A DNA stretch of 64,000 bases from Eledone cirrhosa. Taxonomy: Eukaryota. Numbering within the stretch: the first letter of the stretch is position 1; each line of letters starts with the position of its first letter. The notes below the pieces were generated by a model that was given only the letters and a program-made list of their open reading frames with translations, was not told where the DNA came from and did no database searches. The stretch lies in assembly GCA_964016885.1 (NCBI GenBank), contig OZ024742.1, positions 306,590,001-306,654,000 of the forward strand. Direction: 5' to 3'. A program made the position numbers and the translations under genes. This document shows positions 13,707-28,627 of this stretch, piece by piece.

Positions 13707-16700
13707 GTCATTAAGATGAATATGCTTGTATTTTGTATGTATTGGTGTGTATAGGAATAAATATAAAACCACATATAAATATGTTGTTTCCATCAGCTTG
13801 TAGTTATAAATGCACGCAGACAATCCGTAGATAAATGTAATACGATTAGTTGAATTATAAAATTTAAAAATTTAAAAATAACATTAATTATAAAAAAATT
13901 ATCGAATTGATTGAAAAATTTATCAGTTTCTCATCGGTGCCATCTTGCTGTCTACAAGAATGGTGATTTTTATTTAATTATTTCTATTACATTCTTCAGA
14001 TTCTACTCCAGAATTCTTTATATCTAGAGTTAAATTTCTTTCTTGAATATCTCATCGATCTTTTCCCTGTCTTTTTGTTTCGTTATCTGTTCCGTTTTTC
14101 CTATCGTTTCCTTCCCTTGTTTCGTTTCTCCTTTTATTATCTTTTAATTGTTTCTATATGTCACGTTTGTCTATCTTTTTCTCCTTATATATCGTTATAT
14201 CTATCTATATGAAAGTATCCATCTAGCTATCAATCTATGTATCTAAATTATATCTCTTTCATCAATATATTACATCAGTTATATCTATTTCCCCCCATTC
14301 TGTCTTTTTTTTTCTCGACATTTATGCAAGTTTCTCCTCCATCTCATTATATATTTTACAGTTGCATGTATCTCCTAATAATTTGTTTTCTTTAACAGTA
14401 GTCCCTGAGTTCTACAATCTTCAATCTTATATTAATTCCCTCTATCCATCTCCAAAATCTCCTCCTACTATCTCTTATATTCACCCAGTTTCTCTGACTT
14501 CACGTTTATCCTTCTCAAAGTATGAATGTAATTTTGAGAATTAGGAAAAATATGCCCAGAAATTCGTCTATGAATTTAAACTCATTCTTATCCAGAGACC
14601 CCTTATGTGGTAATGGAAGCTTGCAGATGATTTTATTCTCCCTGGTTAAATTAGTAAATAGCTGAAAATGAGTAACGTTAATTTAAAACTATCATGAGTT
14701 TCGAGAGCTTTCATCGAGAACATTCAATTAATAAATTAGTCAAATTTATATTTTGAACGTGTTCATTAGTCTCAACCCAACACTAACCTTATAAATGCCC
14801 AATTACATTCTAACAGTCAATGTCCCACTATATTTGTTCAGACATAGTATATCTCGATATCTAGATAGATATAATTTATTGAATATTCCTTTCCATTCTG
14901 CAGACGACAATGTATAATTTTAGCGAAAATTGTTTGTTAATTTTTGCAGGTCAAGTGAATATGTAAAAGTTGTCCCTCGATGGATTATCAACTTTTCAAA
15001 TTTGTTTCATTCTCGTTCCACTGTCTGACAAATATCAACAGATTATTCAATTACCACAATATCTTTGTCTTGGACAACGTTTCAAATTTAATTTTAATGA
15101 TATTGGGGAAATTAAAGACATGGTGTATTTTTTGTAATGACTGCAGACTGAAGCAGGGAAGATTTTGAAAGATTAGTCATAAAAGTCATTTTCATCTCTT
15201 ACATGAAGGAAAACCGAACAAATTAAACGTTACTAATGGAAACTGAGATAGGAATTTAAAGCTCATCTTCACAAAATGTCTTAAGTAACGCCAGCCAAAC
15301 CAAAAAGGATTGAATTTGAGAACAATGGCGTCTAACTATCATTCTGGCTACTGGCATTGAGAATTAAGAAATGAAAAAAAGTCAACTAATACTACTACAA
15401 AAACCACAAGATTTTCAGTTCATTGAATTTAACATCTGTCGACTTCGTAGCTGATTTGGTGATTCTGTAAGCCAGGATGGCTATTAAGTCCGATTGGTTG
15501 GCAGAAAATAGTATCGGATTTTAGAGAAAGGCCAACAGGATATTGGTTAGGTTGGATAGCTGAGTGAGTTAAAAACGTGCGGAAGTCAAAGCTAACGCGG
15601 TTGGACGGTGACAATAACTTCTGACTTCTAACTAGCAGCATTCATTGTTTGATTCTTTTAAAGGGATTCTCATGCGAAAGTTAGAATAATTCTGTTGCCT
15701 GGAGACTAAAAGCCCATACTGACATTGCTTCCTCCCATTCCTGTGAGTATTCAAGGCGCTACTCAGATAGTTGGAATGAAGTGACCGTTAAAAGTCTAGC
15801 CACTGTTTACATTGCACTATACATACTTTGGCTAGTGAATACAATTCTCTCTGAATATAATGAATAGACATATTAGATTTCCCCACTCTCCTTTTATGCT
15901 CACACTCATACATACCCATATGCCTGTGTGTATGTTTGCGTGCGTGTGTGTTTGCGTGTGCTTGTGTGCGCCTAAGTGAATGTGATAGTATGTTTCTATT
16001 TATATCGACATATCTCAGAATAGAGGAAATATTTTTTCCTTCTATCATATCATTACTTTCGTATATTTTTCCGTAGATTTCTATGTTTGTCTAATGTGGG
16101 ACATGGTTGAACAATATTACCTTATCATTGGGGATATTTTGTAAAGGACTTTATGCTGTACGTTTAGACCAAAATCCTGCTTAGGCTCTGCCCACGTTTG
16201 AATGGCACGGACCTCCGTCTGTACCTAAGATGAGCGTTCTAGTTGTTTGATGAGTAGAACAGTCGGATCATGGGATTAAACTGTACATGATTGAGCAGTC
16301 CCCACACAGGAGAGTGTAATTTTAGTATAACGTATATCAAGAATTTGATTCAGAGGTATAAATGCCTAATGGGAACAGAATCCAATGTGCCTTTAATCTC
16401 TCTCTGAGGTTCTAATATTTAAGCGCTAGTTAACATTGAGAAATATACGAGCATAAAAATATCTCAAATATCTAATTTCACTTAAATTATTCAATTAAGG
16501 CCAAGCCAAATTATGTATAATGTGAGATAAAGTTCTGTTGAGCCAAGGTTGATATAAGATTCTGTTGACTTGGTTTGTATCTTAATTTAAGGAGTTAGAC
16601 CGCTGAACGATTCTATATTCTTGTTCATTTCCCAAATACAAACTGGTTGGGAAATAATTTTACACACATATATTTATACATACATGCATGTTGCAGTTAA

Positions 16701-16804
16701 ACATAACTAAATCCTAGCATGGTCCATAGTTTTAAATGTATAGACACACTCTGGAATTTTCCACAAAACATTCAGGTTATTATAGCCGGACATTATTAGT
16801 TAAA

Positions 16805-16925
16805 CTGAGTTCAAATCCCGCCGAGGTTAAATTTGCCTTTCATCCTTACGGGGGTCGACAAAATAAAGTACCAGTAATACAATGGGATAATTGCTGTCCT
16901 TGTGCCAGTAGAAACAATTATTATT
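16805..16925 (+). mobile_element. SINE S1, 5'-truncated
   Basis: B-box and conserved body. Confidence 0.8.
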
Positions 16926-17295
16926 TAGACTGGAACTATGTTTATCTACACGGAATATGACAGGGAAGATAAACTTTGAACATTCAGACTCGGCTGGAAA
17001 TACCATATATGTGTTTGGCGTTTGGGGGTGCATGTTTATTTGCACGCATCTATTTATATAGAGATATTTATGTTTACTACGTGTCTCTATTTGTGTGTCT
17101 TTATTAACCGGTTCGACAAATAGAACGGTATGGGATCTATGGAGAGCTTTACATTGCCCTGGTGTTTCTCTAATAATATGCAGATCTGACTGATCAGCCA
17201 GTCTGCTAATATGCAAATCAGGCCGTTCAGTCACTGTATATTTTCGAAAATAGCATATATTTTCACTAGCTCTGACAGTTGGCAGGTGAACAGTG

Positions 17296-17343
17296 AGCTG
17301 TACTGATGAAGGGTGATACCCAGAAACATTAGTGTCTGCAGTT
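17296..17343 (+). ncRNA. Type I hammerhead ribozyme (canonical core, GUC site)
   Basis: AGCTGTA CTGATGA aGGGTgatACCCa GAAA CA ttag TG TC TGCAGTT; all three stems can pair. Confidence 0.8.
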
Positions 17344-17523
17344 CTGTTTACATGCCAGCATTATAGCAAGAATGAGGGGCTCATTTTACTGACATGGCTT
17401 TAAAAATGAGGCTTGTTTGCATAATTGCAAATGACTAGAATATTATTATTAATATTCGAAAAACTCAGATTACATTTATTGTATTCAGCCATGTAGAGCG
17501 AAAAAGTTTATTTTTATTTTTAT

Positions 17524-17570
<47 letters not shown>

Positions 17571-19198
17571 TATATTATATATATATATATATATGTGTGT
17601 GTGTTTGTGAGCGCATGTGCGTGTGTGCGTGTGTGTATGTGTATTTCTTTGTGCGTGTGTATGTTTCTGTGTGTGTAGATACATGCATACGTTTTTAGAA
17701 AAAGGAGTTTCATATTTAAACACGGGATCGCATGTTAGGTTGATATAATAAGTCTTCATTTATATCAGTTAAGAATATTTGTTGCCTTTGTTATTAGACA
17801 TATGTAAAAGACAATACCAATTGAATTATAACTTTTAGAAACAGATTTCCAGCAGTTTGAACATGCACGCACATTGCCCCATCCAATTCGCTCATGGTCT
17901 CACATAATAAATACACACATTCACTCTGCCAGTTAGCCTGTATTTCTATTCATATCGTATAGTGAAGATTTACTATTAATTTTTTAAAGATATTTATGAT
18001 TATGAAAAATTTATAATCATGGTTTTAATGCTACTACAGTGTTTTTGAAAAATATATATTCATAAATTATCATAGTCGTGTGTGTCTGTATGCCTGCATG
18101 TGTGTCCCGAATGTTATGAACTGTGATTAATACAACAAAATATGAGTAAAGCAGAAGGCTTGGCAAAAACAGTGCGATAAATTTCCTCCCTAAACTTTCA
18201 TCTCTGTATTGAATCAGTGGTCACCACTTAATCATTATTCTGTGACAGATTCTATGGGAGATTTTGTTACCGTATAAAGAACGGGAAATAACTCTCTTCC
18301 AAATCATTCCTTTCAGACAGCCTGCAGTTTTCATAGGATTAAAAATAGACTTGCGCTTCTATCCATAAATCAATTCAAAACAACAAAAGTTTGTCGTAGT
18401 TGTTTACATGTAAAATACGTGATCCAACACACGGAAATGTATTATTAAAAATACAAAATACGAATGAAAATATCACATCATTAAAAAAAAAATACTGAAT
18501 AAAGCAACAAGGTAATATCGACAAAACTGCTCCTCGGGGTAGAAGCAACAAAGAAATCTGGCTCAATACGTTATAGATAATGGGTGAAATGAGGCTTGGC
18601 CAAGGATGATTTAAGGGTGTCAATTAAACAACTCCCTTTTATATATACAATAGTTGCAGCCATATATATATATAGAGAGAGATATGCCACTTGGTTTCGA
18701 AAAATACCATCGCTTGATACTTAAGCATGAGCATCGCGGATGTGGCATATTAGTCCTGCAAAAAAAGTCACATATCAAGCAATGCTTGCGCTTGAAACTT
18801 ATTTAAGTGAGGAAAGGTTTTGCGCAGGGCAGGCCCCATTCTCTGAACATTGAATGCGTTTTCGCTAAAAGAATAACTGATCTACATCAATGGATGCAAA
18901 AGAAATTGCAGATTTTATATCAGTGACCAAACCCTACAGATGTCTTAATAGAGACTAGGAGTCTCTCGCTCCACAGACATACACAAAATAATCTTTATTA
19001 AATGCAGAGTGTTTGCAAAAGCATTCAGTGCATTCATGTGTTAGAACTCTGAGAAGAATAAAAGTATTTCTTTTGTAGGAATATATTTATGCATGTATAA
19101 AAACACACACATTTCCATGTTTATAATGTCACATATGCACAAATACACTCACATACAGATTTCTACACTCACAGACACATGATATACTCCGCACACAC

Positions 19199-19236
<38 letters not shown>

Positions 19237-19299
19237 GTGTGTGTGTGTGTGTGTATAATATATAATATATATATTATATATAGATATATATAGTTTAAC

Positions 19300-19449
19300 A
19301 ATAGTTTAACAGTGTGTATAATAATTGTATATAGAGTCTTATACACACTGTTAAACTATTTTTTCTGGGGTCACATTTCGCCGAAAGTTTCTAATTCTGT
19401 TCTCAAACATTGAATCACTGCTGTATTCTTATTATATGACTTCATTTGA
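19300..19449. mobile_element. Micro fold-back insertion in (TA)n
   Basis: Arms AATAGTTTAACAGTGTGTATAA / TTATACACACTGTTAAACTATT plus ~90-nt tail. Confidence 0.55.
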
Positions 19450-19554
19450 TATATATATATATATATATACATATAGGTGTGTGTATGTGTGTGTGTATAT
19501 ATGTATATATATATATGTACATATATATGACTGAATACATATGTATATATATAT

Positions 19555-19674
<120 letters not shown>

Positions 19675-19991
19675 GAGAGATATGTACATATATATACATA
19701 CATATATACATGTATATATGTATGTATATATTGGTATACATGCATTCACACAGATATAGAGGGGGGAGATATCATAAGTAGGCTAATGAGTAAGAGAAGG
19801 GAGTAAGAATTACCGGGGTAGGGCGGAATGTTTGTTTAATAATACATAATGGACTACTTCCTCTTCAAATATTTTTCAAACAATGCATTATTTTCTTTCG
19901 TTTTGCTATATAAGTAATAATTGGTAGGATATTATAATGGAATGTAATATATATAAAGAAAATATTCACGCACATTCACATACACATACAC

Positions 19992-20095
<104 letters not shown>

Positions 20096-20268
20096 ATATA
20101 TATATAGGATATATAGGCATATACATACATATACATAAACATACATATATATATATTTATATATATATGGAAAATTTACGGGAAAATTCATATTTCTGGC
20201 ATGTTTATATGTATAGCATATATATATATATATGGAAAATTTATGGGAAAATTCATATTTCTGGCATG

Positions 20269-20358
<90 letters not shown>

Positions 20359-20667
20359 GCGTATGTGTGTGTGTGTGTATGTATGTGTATGTGTGTGCAT
20401 GTGTGTGGGCATGTGCATGTGAACCGTAATAACAAATATGCGTCTTCTGGCATTAATTTAGATGAATTTGACGTAGAAATTTCATTAAAAGATTCGCTTA
20501 CAGCCGTTCATATGAAAAGGCAGGGGTGAAGCTGTAGTGTTATTTTTTACACATGGAACATGTCAACTGACATTAAGGAAACACACACATCTACAAGCAT
20601 TGACACACACACACACACGCACAAACACACGCATATATATATATACATATATATATTTATATATATA

Positions 20668-20774
<107 letters not shown>

Positions 20775-20884
20775 ATATAAATATTATTCATATATATATA
20801 TGTATATTTGTAGACATTTATGTATTGCATGAATATGTATGCAGATATGTTTATGCCTATACATAAATATGTGTATAAAAATAT

Positions 20885-20921
<37 letters not shown>

Positions 20922-21003
20922 ATATGTACATATACACATATACACATACACACATATATATATGTGTGTGTATGTAAATATGTATATATTTGTGTATAGT
21001 GCG

Positions 21004-21037
<34 letters not shown>

Positions 21038-21261
21038 GTCTCATTTCATCTATAACAATTATAAAAATTAGCAGAAGACCTATTGTGCAAATTAATACAT
21101 GTCAGTCGCAAATAATGGATGTTAATTGGACATTATGTCACCAGCCCCTTCGTTAATAAATAAATACATATAAACATATAAATATATATATATATATATA
21201 TCCATATACATACAGAGACACCCACATATATTTATATATGTGTGTTTGTTTGTGTCACTGC

Positions 21262-21294
<33 letters not shown>

Positions 21295-21379
21295 TATGTA
21301 TGTGTGTGTATGTGTACGCATATATATGTATATTTAGACCTAAATGTATGTTTTTGCATCTGTCTCACGCGCTCTCTGA

Positions 21380-21426
<47 letters not shown>

Positions 21427-21464
21427 GAGAGAGACAGAGAGTGAGAAAAAGAGAGAGAGAGAGT

Positions 21465-21560
<96 letters not shown>

Positions 21561-21713
21561 AAGAGAGGCGTGGGGAGATGTACACACTCATGTATTTGGA
21601 CATTATATATTTTATTGTTTTAAACTCTCATGTTTGCCCCCATAGGCTGAAGTTCTGCTGGCGAACAAAAATCGTTGCTATACATTCTAGAGAAATTGAC
21701 TTATATATATATG

Positions 21714-21745
<32 letters not shown>

Positions 21746-21949
21746 AGAGATAGAGAGAGAGGGGGGGGGTAAGAAAGAGTGGGAGTGTGTGTGAGAGAGT
21801 GGGTGTATGCTTTTGAGAGCTTACTTGTACTTTTAATTATCTATGTGTCTAGGACTTATATATTCATTGTCAAAAGAACATTCGCAAACAAAAATGCAAG
21901 GATAAAGGCCTGAACTTCTTAATAATATAGCTTACATATAGTAAATTCA

Positions 21950-22140
21950 GTTGATCATCTTGATCTGTTACAAAATTGTTATTCTTTGATAATATATTAC
22001 ACAACGTGTAGTTCTCGTAACTCTCATCATCTAGCATTACCATCATCTTCAACCTAGTTTTTAAACCACAGATATTTCTGTTAATGTACAAACTAGTACG
22101 CCCATTTGAGCATGCTACTATGAACGAATGGGTATATAAG
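21950..22140 (+). pseudogene. Possible decayed CR1/L2-type LINE RT C-terminal fragment
   Basis: LMYKLVRPFEHATMNEW resembles LYKxLVRPxLEYAxxxW; otherwise highly decayed. Confidence 0.35.
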
Positions 22141-22419
22141 CCTATCAAATTCGTGTTCCCTTGTGGTTGTCTAGATGATACACTTGCTGATGAACACCCA
22201 ACTATATCCGAAAATCGATTAAAGACGTTTATCATTTTTTTTAATTTACAGGAAAATTCATATTTCTGGCATGTTTAGATGTCTATATATAACAAATGTG
22301 TATATTTATACTCACATTGGTGCAGTCTACGTTACCCAATCTATATATATTTACTCATATAACTTAATCGCACAATTCGGTTACTTGGCACACCTTTTAA
22401 TATATATATTTCCTACCAC

Positions 22420-22527
<108 letters not shown>

Positions 22528-23032
22528 GGGTGTGTGTGTGTGTGTGTGTCTGTGTGTGTGTGTATTTTGTATACCTAATGATATACGGTATGTTTACGAA
22601 TAAAAATTTAAAAGCCTTTAGCTATGAATTTTAAAAGGTAATGGCAGTAGAAGTAGGAGAGTGTAACTGCAGACGATCGTTTCAGACTGAGTCTCATTAT
22701 CAAGGCAGTGCTCTCCTTTCCCTTCTCTCTGCTGGAATTTATTATAGGTGAAAATATACAGTTTTGACACCTATGTACAATATTTGATTAGCCTCATTTG
22801 CATATTGAACTGTCAGCCGGCTTGGCCTGAGAATAAAATTAAGGTTTTCGCTCCAACATAGCTGTATTCATATAAATATGTAATGACATACGCATGTATG
22901 TTTACGAATAAATATTTGAAAGCCTTTAGCTATGAATTATGGAAGCTGGTGGCATAAGGCTTTCTAGCGAATTCCAGCAGAAGCAGAAGAGTCTAACTGC
23001 CGGCGATCGTTTCACTCCAAGCGCTCTCCTGC

Positions 23033-24980
23033 GAAAACCTTATATATATATAACCAAAATCTTGAAAGGCTACGGAAAAACATTAGAAAATGTTTTAGTG
23101 AACTGGGTCTAAAAATAACGTACGAATACAATCTTAAAGTAGTAAATTTTCTAGACGTAACTCTTAATTTAAATACCGGACTGATATGACCCTTCCACAA
23201 GATAAATGAGAACCTTGCCTATATCAATTTTAACTCAAACCACCCACTTTCCATGATCAGATCGGTTCCCCGTAGTATTTCTCTTAGAATCTCTCGCCTA
23301 TCGTCTGACTGTGAGATTTTCAGTGAACATGCTGAATACTATAATAATGCATTAAGGAATGCCGACCACCTGGATACAATAGAATACATTGATAAGAATC
23401 TCCATAATACACATAGCTCTACACGAAATCAAAGAATACGTAACCGGGGTCCAGAAATACAAGCGCACACACGCAGTACCACCAGACATACTAAAAATAG
23501 AAAATCATCACCAAATAAATCACGTTGTAGAAAGTATATCTGGTATAATCCCATTGTTAATGCTTCGATTAGTACAAAACTATCTCTTTCATTCTTTAAG
23601 TTAATTAACAAGCATTTCCCTAGTTCCCATAAATACAGTAAAATTCTGAACTCTAAGACTATTAACCTATCATACTCCACTACACTAAACCTTGAAGCAT
23701 AAAAAAATTAACTTAAAGCAATTAAACAACACAACAAAAGAAAATATTTTAATAACAGATGAGCATAACGTAATATCGGCCTCCCAACCACTAAATGGAA
23801 GACGGGTATTACACAACCCACCTGTACTGTTATCCCAACCTATCCATGGTATACCTGCTAGCCACAATAAACTGTAACTGCCACCTACGTGAAATATGTC
23901 TATTGGAGAATAAATGCCTAAAGTCCAACATTGTTTATCAATGCACTGTTGAATCGAACGACCAGAAATAGTATTACATCGGATTTACCACTACCTCCTT
24001 TAAATCTCGCTGGTATCGTCATCGATTCTCAATTAAACATCCTAATCACCGTTTTTTTTACCACGCTCGCCAATAAGACCTGGCAACTCCGTGAACGCAA
24101 CCAACAGTTCATCTTGAAATGGGATATACTTTCCAGCGCTAGTGCATATCGGAGTGGATTGAAGTACTGCAGGTTATGTAAACTTGAACTCTTTTATATC
24201 TTAAAATCCGAAAATAAATTAGTAAATGACAGAATCGAACGATCATTATACGGCAACCACAAACTGACGGCTAAATTCTCTCACTATAAAATAACTTAAC
24301 ATTCGAACCCGTAACTATAACATTGCTTTCTCGCTAACTACTTTCTCTCAACAACAACCTCTTAACTATATCCCCCACACTACAAGACAATACCCTGCTT
24401 ATCACTATAAATGGATACGTAAGTGCAATTTGTAGCCTACAACTATGAACTCAATGTACACCCATCCCATAGCTTTCGTCTGTCCCCTCTCTATCTCTAT
24501 TTATTCCTCTCTCTCCATTCCTCCCTCCCTCTCCACATCTATGAACCTGCCCTCTGTGGCAATAAATAATTCCAACCCTAACTATCAACGCATCGCTTAA
24601 GGTTGTCGCTTTGAGAGTAACCAGTATATAAAACCTCTACCACAACATTTTGATTAAGATATCTGTATTCTACAAACCACTCTCTCCCATTTCTCCAACC
24701 CCTGCATATCTCTCTCTCCCTCTCTCCCCCCTTCTTTCTCTCTTCCTTTTCTACTCTATCTTCCCCCAATAACTTCCCTTACGGGTATTTACATTTTACA
24801 TTTTAACCATTCTGCTCTGAGGAAACAGTGGTAACAGCATTTGATAATTGAGTTTTGCAAATAGTTATAAATTTGCACATAGCATAACTAGGGTGTATAA
24901 CCACCTTGGAAACATTTGTAAGCACACGGAATAAATTACCTTTTTATGATGTCTACCTGTTATTATTCATTCTTTATTCT
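23033..24980 (+). mobile_element. Decayed PLE (same clade as the 49131 ORF): RT thumb, GIY-YIG and 3' region
   Basis: VNFLDVTLNL, SNHP, IWYNP...LINKHFPSSHKYSKILN, YIGFT, CRLCKLELFYIL; several frameshifts; hammerhead in the 3' region. Confidence 0.85.
24813..24924 (+). ncRNA. Type I hammerhead with long stem-II insertion
   Basis: TGCT CTGAGGA ..GTGGT-(~70 nt)-ACCAC.. GAAA CA tt TG TA AGCA. Confidence 0.6.
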
Positions 24981-24996
24981 TTATATATATATATAT

Positions 24997-25228
24997 CCCG
25001 GTTTCATGGCGTGAAGCGACTGAGAGTACAAGACTCCCCCCTGGACAGGACGCCAGTCCATCGCAGGGTTAAACCTCCAGCTATTGCTGGTATTCATTTT
25101 CAGCTGAGTATACAGGAGCAACGTGAAATGAAGTGTTTTGCTCAAGAACACAACACGCAACCCAGGAATCGAGCCCACGACATTATCATAGTAAGTCCAA
25201 CACCCTTACCACTAGGTAACGTACCTCC
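24997..25228 (-). mobile_element. Second tRNA-derived SINE family (CORE-SINE-like)
   Basis: Minus strand CCTAGTGGTAAGG (A box), GGCTCGATTCCT (B box), GTGTTCTTGAGCAAAACACTT (CORE-like), CCCTGCGATGGACTGGCGTCCTGTCCAGG 3' part. Confidence 0.7.
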
Positions 25229-25307
25229 ATATATATATATATATAAATATATGAGCTGATAATCTACTGTGTGTAATATTTATATTACAACACAACGGAA
25301 AATACTG

Positions 25308-25382
<75 letters not shown>

Positions 25383-25385
<3 letters not shown>

Positions 25386-25939
25386 GGTATTGAAGTTTGC
25401 TTGAAGCATTGTGGAATAATAAGGTATATTTCTTTAAGTCGTTTTGGAAGCCTCGACAATGCAGATGGGTAAATCTCCGGGTAACAAGATCCGGTGGTGG
25501 AGAGAGAAATGTGAGTGTACGTTGAGATGTGTAGCGTGTAGAAGAATGTAGCGGTAGAAGAATGTAGGAAAGAGCGTAAAGGATAAAAATAATAACACGA
25601 GATAGAGTTACCTTGGGAGAGATTTAATTGTCCCTATATATTTCGGATTCACATCCATCAACTGGAGGGGGGTTCGGGGGGGGTCTGTCGGAAAGGTGCG
25701 AAACGTGTCCTCCGCTGTTCGTTGTTTTGAATATCTGAGGTATTCAGCAGAATGCGCCTGCGCGTGAAATGGGGTCGGTCAAGCAGAGGTCGGCGGCCGA
25801 AATCAAGGAAGCACTTTGGATCAAACGCCTAGGGCCACAAATAAACAACCGATCCGAGAGAAGCGAAATGAGCTGGTTGGTTTAAGTAAACAAACGATGC
25901 ATCAACACACGCACACACACACACAAGCGGGACAGCAAC

Positions 25940-25970
<31 letters not shown>

Positions 25971-26714
25971 GTAGCATTCCACCATACGAACATACTACAC
26001 TGCCAATACAGACGAACGAGGCAACAACACACGCACACACACACACAGTAACGTTCAACAAACAGGCAGAGAATGCTATGGACTGACAGCTAACGCAACC
26101 CCACTCCCACAATTGAAAGAACTATTTCGGCCGCCGACCTCTGCTTGGCCGACCCCATTTCATGCGCACGCGCGCTCTGCTGAATACCTCAGATATTCAA
26201 AACAACGAACAGCGGAGGACACGTTTCGCACCTTTCCAACAGACAACCCCCACTCACCCCGGAACCCCCCCCCCCAGTTGATGGATGTGAATCCGAAATA
26301 TATAGGGACAATTAAATCTCTCCTAAGGTAACTCTATTTCGTGTTATTATTTTTATTTGCAGTATCGGTAGAGGGTCGGGCGCCATGCTTTGACGCATAG
26401 AGTTACGGCCCTTGCCATTCTGAGTTCAAATCCCGCCAATGTTAACTTTGCCTCTCATCCTTACGGGGTCGATAAAATAAAGTACCAGTAATACACTGGT
26501 GATTTGCTGGCCTTGTGCCAAACGTAGAAACAATTATTTTTATGCTTTACGCTCTTTCCTACATTCTTCTACACGCTACACATCTCAACGTACACTCACT
26601 TACATCTCTCTCTCCACCACCGGATCTTGTTACCCGGAAATTTACCCATCTGCATTGTCGAGGCTTCCAAAACGACTTAAAGAAATATACCAATACAACT
26701 TAAAGAAATATACC
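25383..26714. mobile_element. Fold-back PLE 3' fragment
   Basis: Arms 25421-25803 / 26124-26691; spacer encodes IKEALWIKRLGPQINNRSE* (GIY-YIG C-terminus); tail on the left. Confidence 0.85.
26357..26537 (+). mobile_element. SINE S1 inserted in the right arm of a fold-back PLE
   Basis: TSD ATTATTTTTAT; absent from the left arm. Confidence 0.88.
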
Positions 26715-27051
26715 ATATATATATATATATCAAGAACAGAACCAATAGTGAATAAATGCAAAAACACAGAGTACATATATGCTAAATGATCCATATGATT
26801 GTCCATCTGTCCATGTATAGATTGAATTGAGGGGGCTTCTGTTCAAATGCGATTTGGTGCAGGAAAATAGGGGTTTATCCTATTATTTGTTTCCGCCTAT
26901 TTATCCTGCCGAAAGTTACTATTATGTCCGTCCAGTGTAAGGGGTTTCCATCCCCATGGTAGAGGGAATTTCCGGGGTAGCTTATGGTTGGTTCCTCTCT
27001 TCTCCACCATATCGGTTACATCGTAAAGCGGTCAACTAATTGGAGCTAAAT

Positions 27052-28541
27052 TATTAGGGTAAATATTGATGCAATTCAATTCAAGCACTCAACGTACATT
27101 TCCCACATAGGAGTGACGGAGTAAATATCGAATAAGGAAAAGCGAAGTAGTTTCAGATGTTCAAGTCCTTTAATAATAATGCTGTGATATATATTTCAGT
27201 GACGACACTGGCCACACTGTTCTGTGTGCGAGTGTCGTGTCATCATCACACAGCTTGTTACATAATAAGATTATGTTTCCGAGGCAATCCAAATTGGATC
27301 GACATGGGAACGGATGAATTGCGTGTTTTGGGGGTTTTTATCCGCTCCCTTGTGAGTACCAATTCACCCCCACCGGCCTGCGCAAGCGCATGTCCGAAGG
27401 AAGTTGACCATTACCCACCGCAGATTTCAACGAGGTTCGCTTAGTCAGTTCACCCTATCAGCCAAAACAATGGCCCACCAATGCCTGTACCATATTTTAC
27501 TGCTACCCATCACGGCTGTGGCAGTCAGCCGAGAGCCAGAAGGGATGGGAGAGTGTTAGTTTTTACAGGTCATAATACTACCCCTCACTAAGCGTTGACT
27601 GTACGACTGACCATCACCTTATAAGGGAAAATAAACTTAATTCTAGGTAAACTTAATTCTAGGTAAACTTAGTTCTAGGTATCTCTCTCCATATTATTTA
27701 CTCACTTCAGTCTATATTTTTACTCACCTCAATCCGAATTATCACCTGAAAAGAATTTTTTTTTAATTCTTTAATTTCTAATTGTTAATTTCTTAATTGA
27801 TTAATTCATAATTTCTGATATTTGATTTAGGATTTTAATTTTTATTTCCAACTCTCACTCTTAACTTCCAACGTAAAACCATGATACCTAGAATTAAGTT
27901 TATTTTCCCTTATAAGGTGATGGTCAGTCGTACCGTCAACGCTTAGTGAGGGGTAGTATTATGACCTGTAAAAACTAACACTCTCCCATCCCCTCTGGCT
28001 CTCGGCTGACTGCCACAGCCGTGATGGGTAGCAGTAAAATATGGTACAGGCATTGGTGGGCCATTGTTTTGGCTGATAGGGTGAACTGACTAAGCGAATC
28101 TCGTTGAAATCTGAGGTGCCTAATGGTCAACTTCCTTCGGCCATGCGCTTGCGCAGGCCGGTGGGGGTGAATTGGTACTCACAAGGGAGCGGATGAAAAA
28201 CCCCAAAACACGCAATTCATCCGTTCCCATGTCGATCCAATTTGGATTGCCTCGACACTCGCACACAGAACAGTGTGGCCAGTGTTGTCACTGAAATATA
28301 TATCACAGCATTATTCCGCCGAGGTTAACTTTGCCTTTCATCCTTACGGGGTCGATAAAATAAAGTACCAGTAATGTACTGAGTAATTTCTGGCCTTGTG
28401 CCAATAGTAGAAACAATTATTATTAAAGGACTTGAACATCTGAAACTACTTCGCTTTTCCTTATTCGATATTTACTCCGTCACTTCTATGTGGAAAAAGT
28501 ACGTTGAGTGCTTGAATTGAATTGCATCAATGTTTACCCTA

Positions 28542-28544
<3 letters not shown>
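27052..28544. mobile_element. Large fold-back element (~600-bp arms), probable PLE derivative
   Basis: 27052-27649 inverted at 27885-28544; decayed hammerhead on the minus strand at 27181-27256 (GCTGTG TGATGA ... GAAA TATA TA TCACAGC). Confidence 0.75.
28316..28421 (+). mobile_element. SINE S1, 5'-truncated, inserted in the right arm
   Basis: Flanked by ATTATT; absent from the left arm. Confidence 0.85.
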
Positions 28545-28626
<82 letters not shown>

Positions 28627-28627
28627 A

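Noticed and set aside
20167-20280. Twice-repeated GGAAAATTTACGGGAAAATTCATATTTCTGGCATG (again near 22245) as a CRISPR-like array
   Set aside because: Eukaryotic context, only 2-3 copies, TA-repeat spacers; a local duplication
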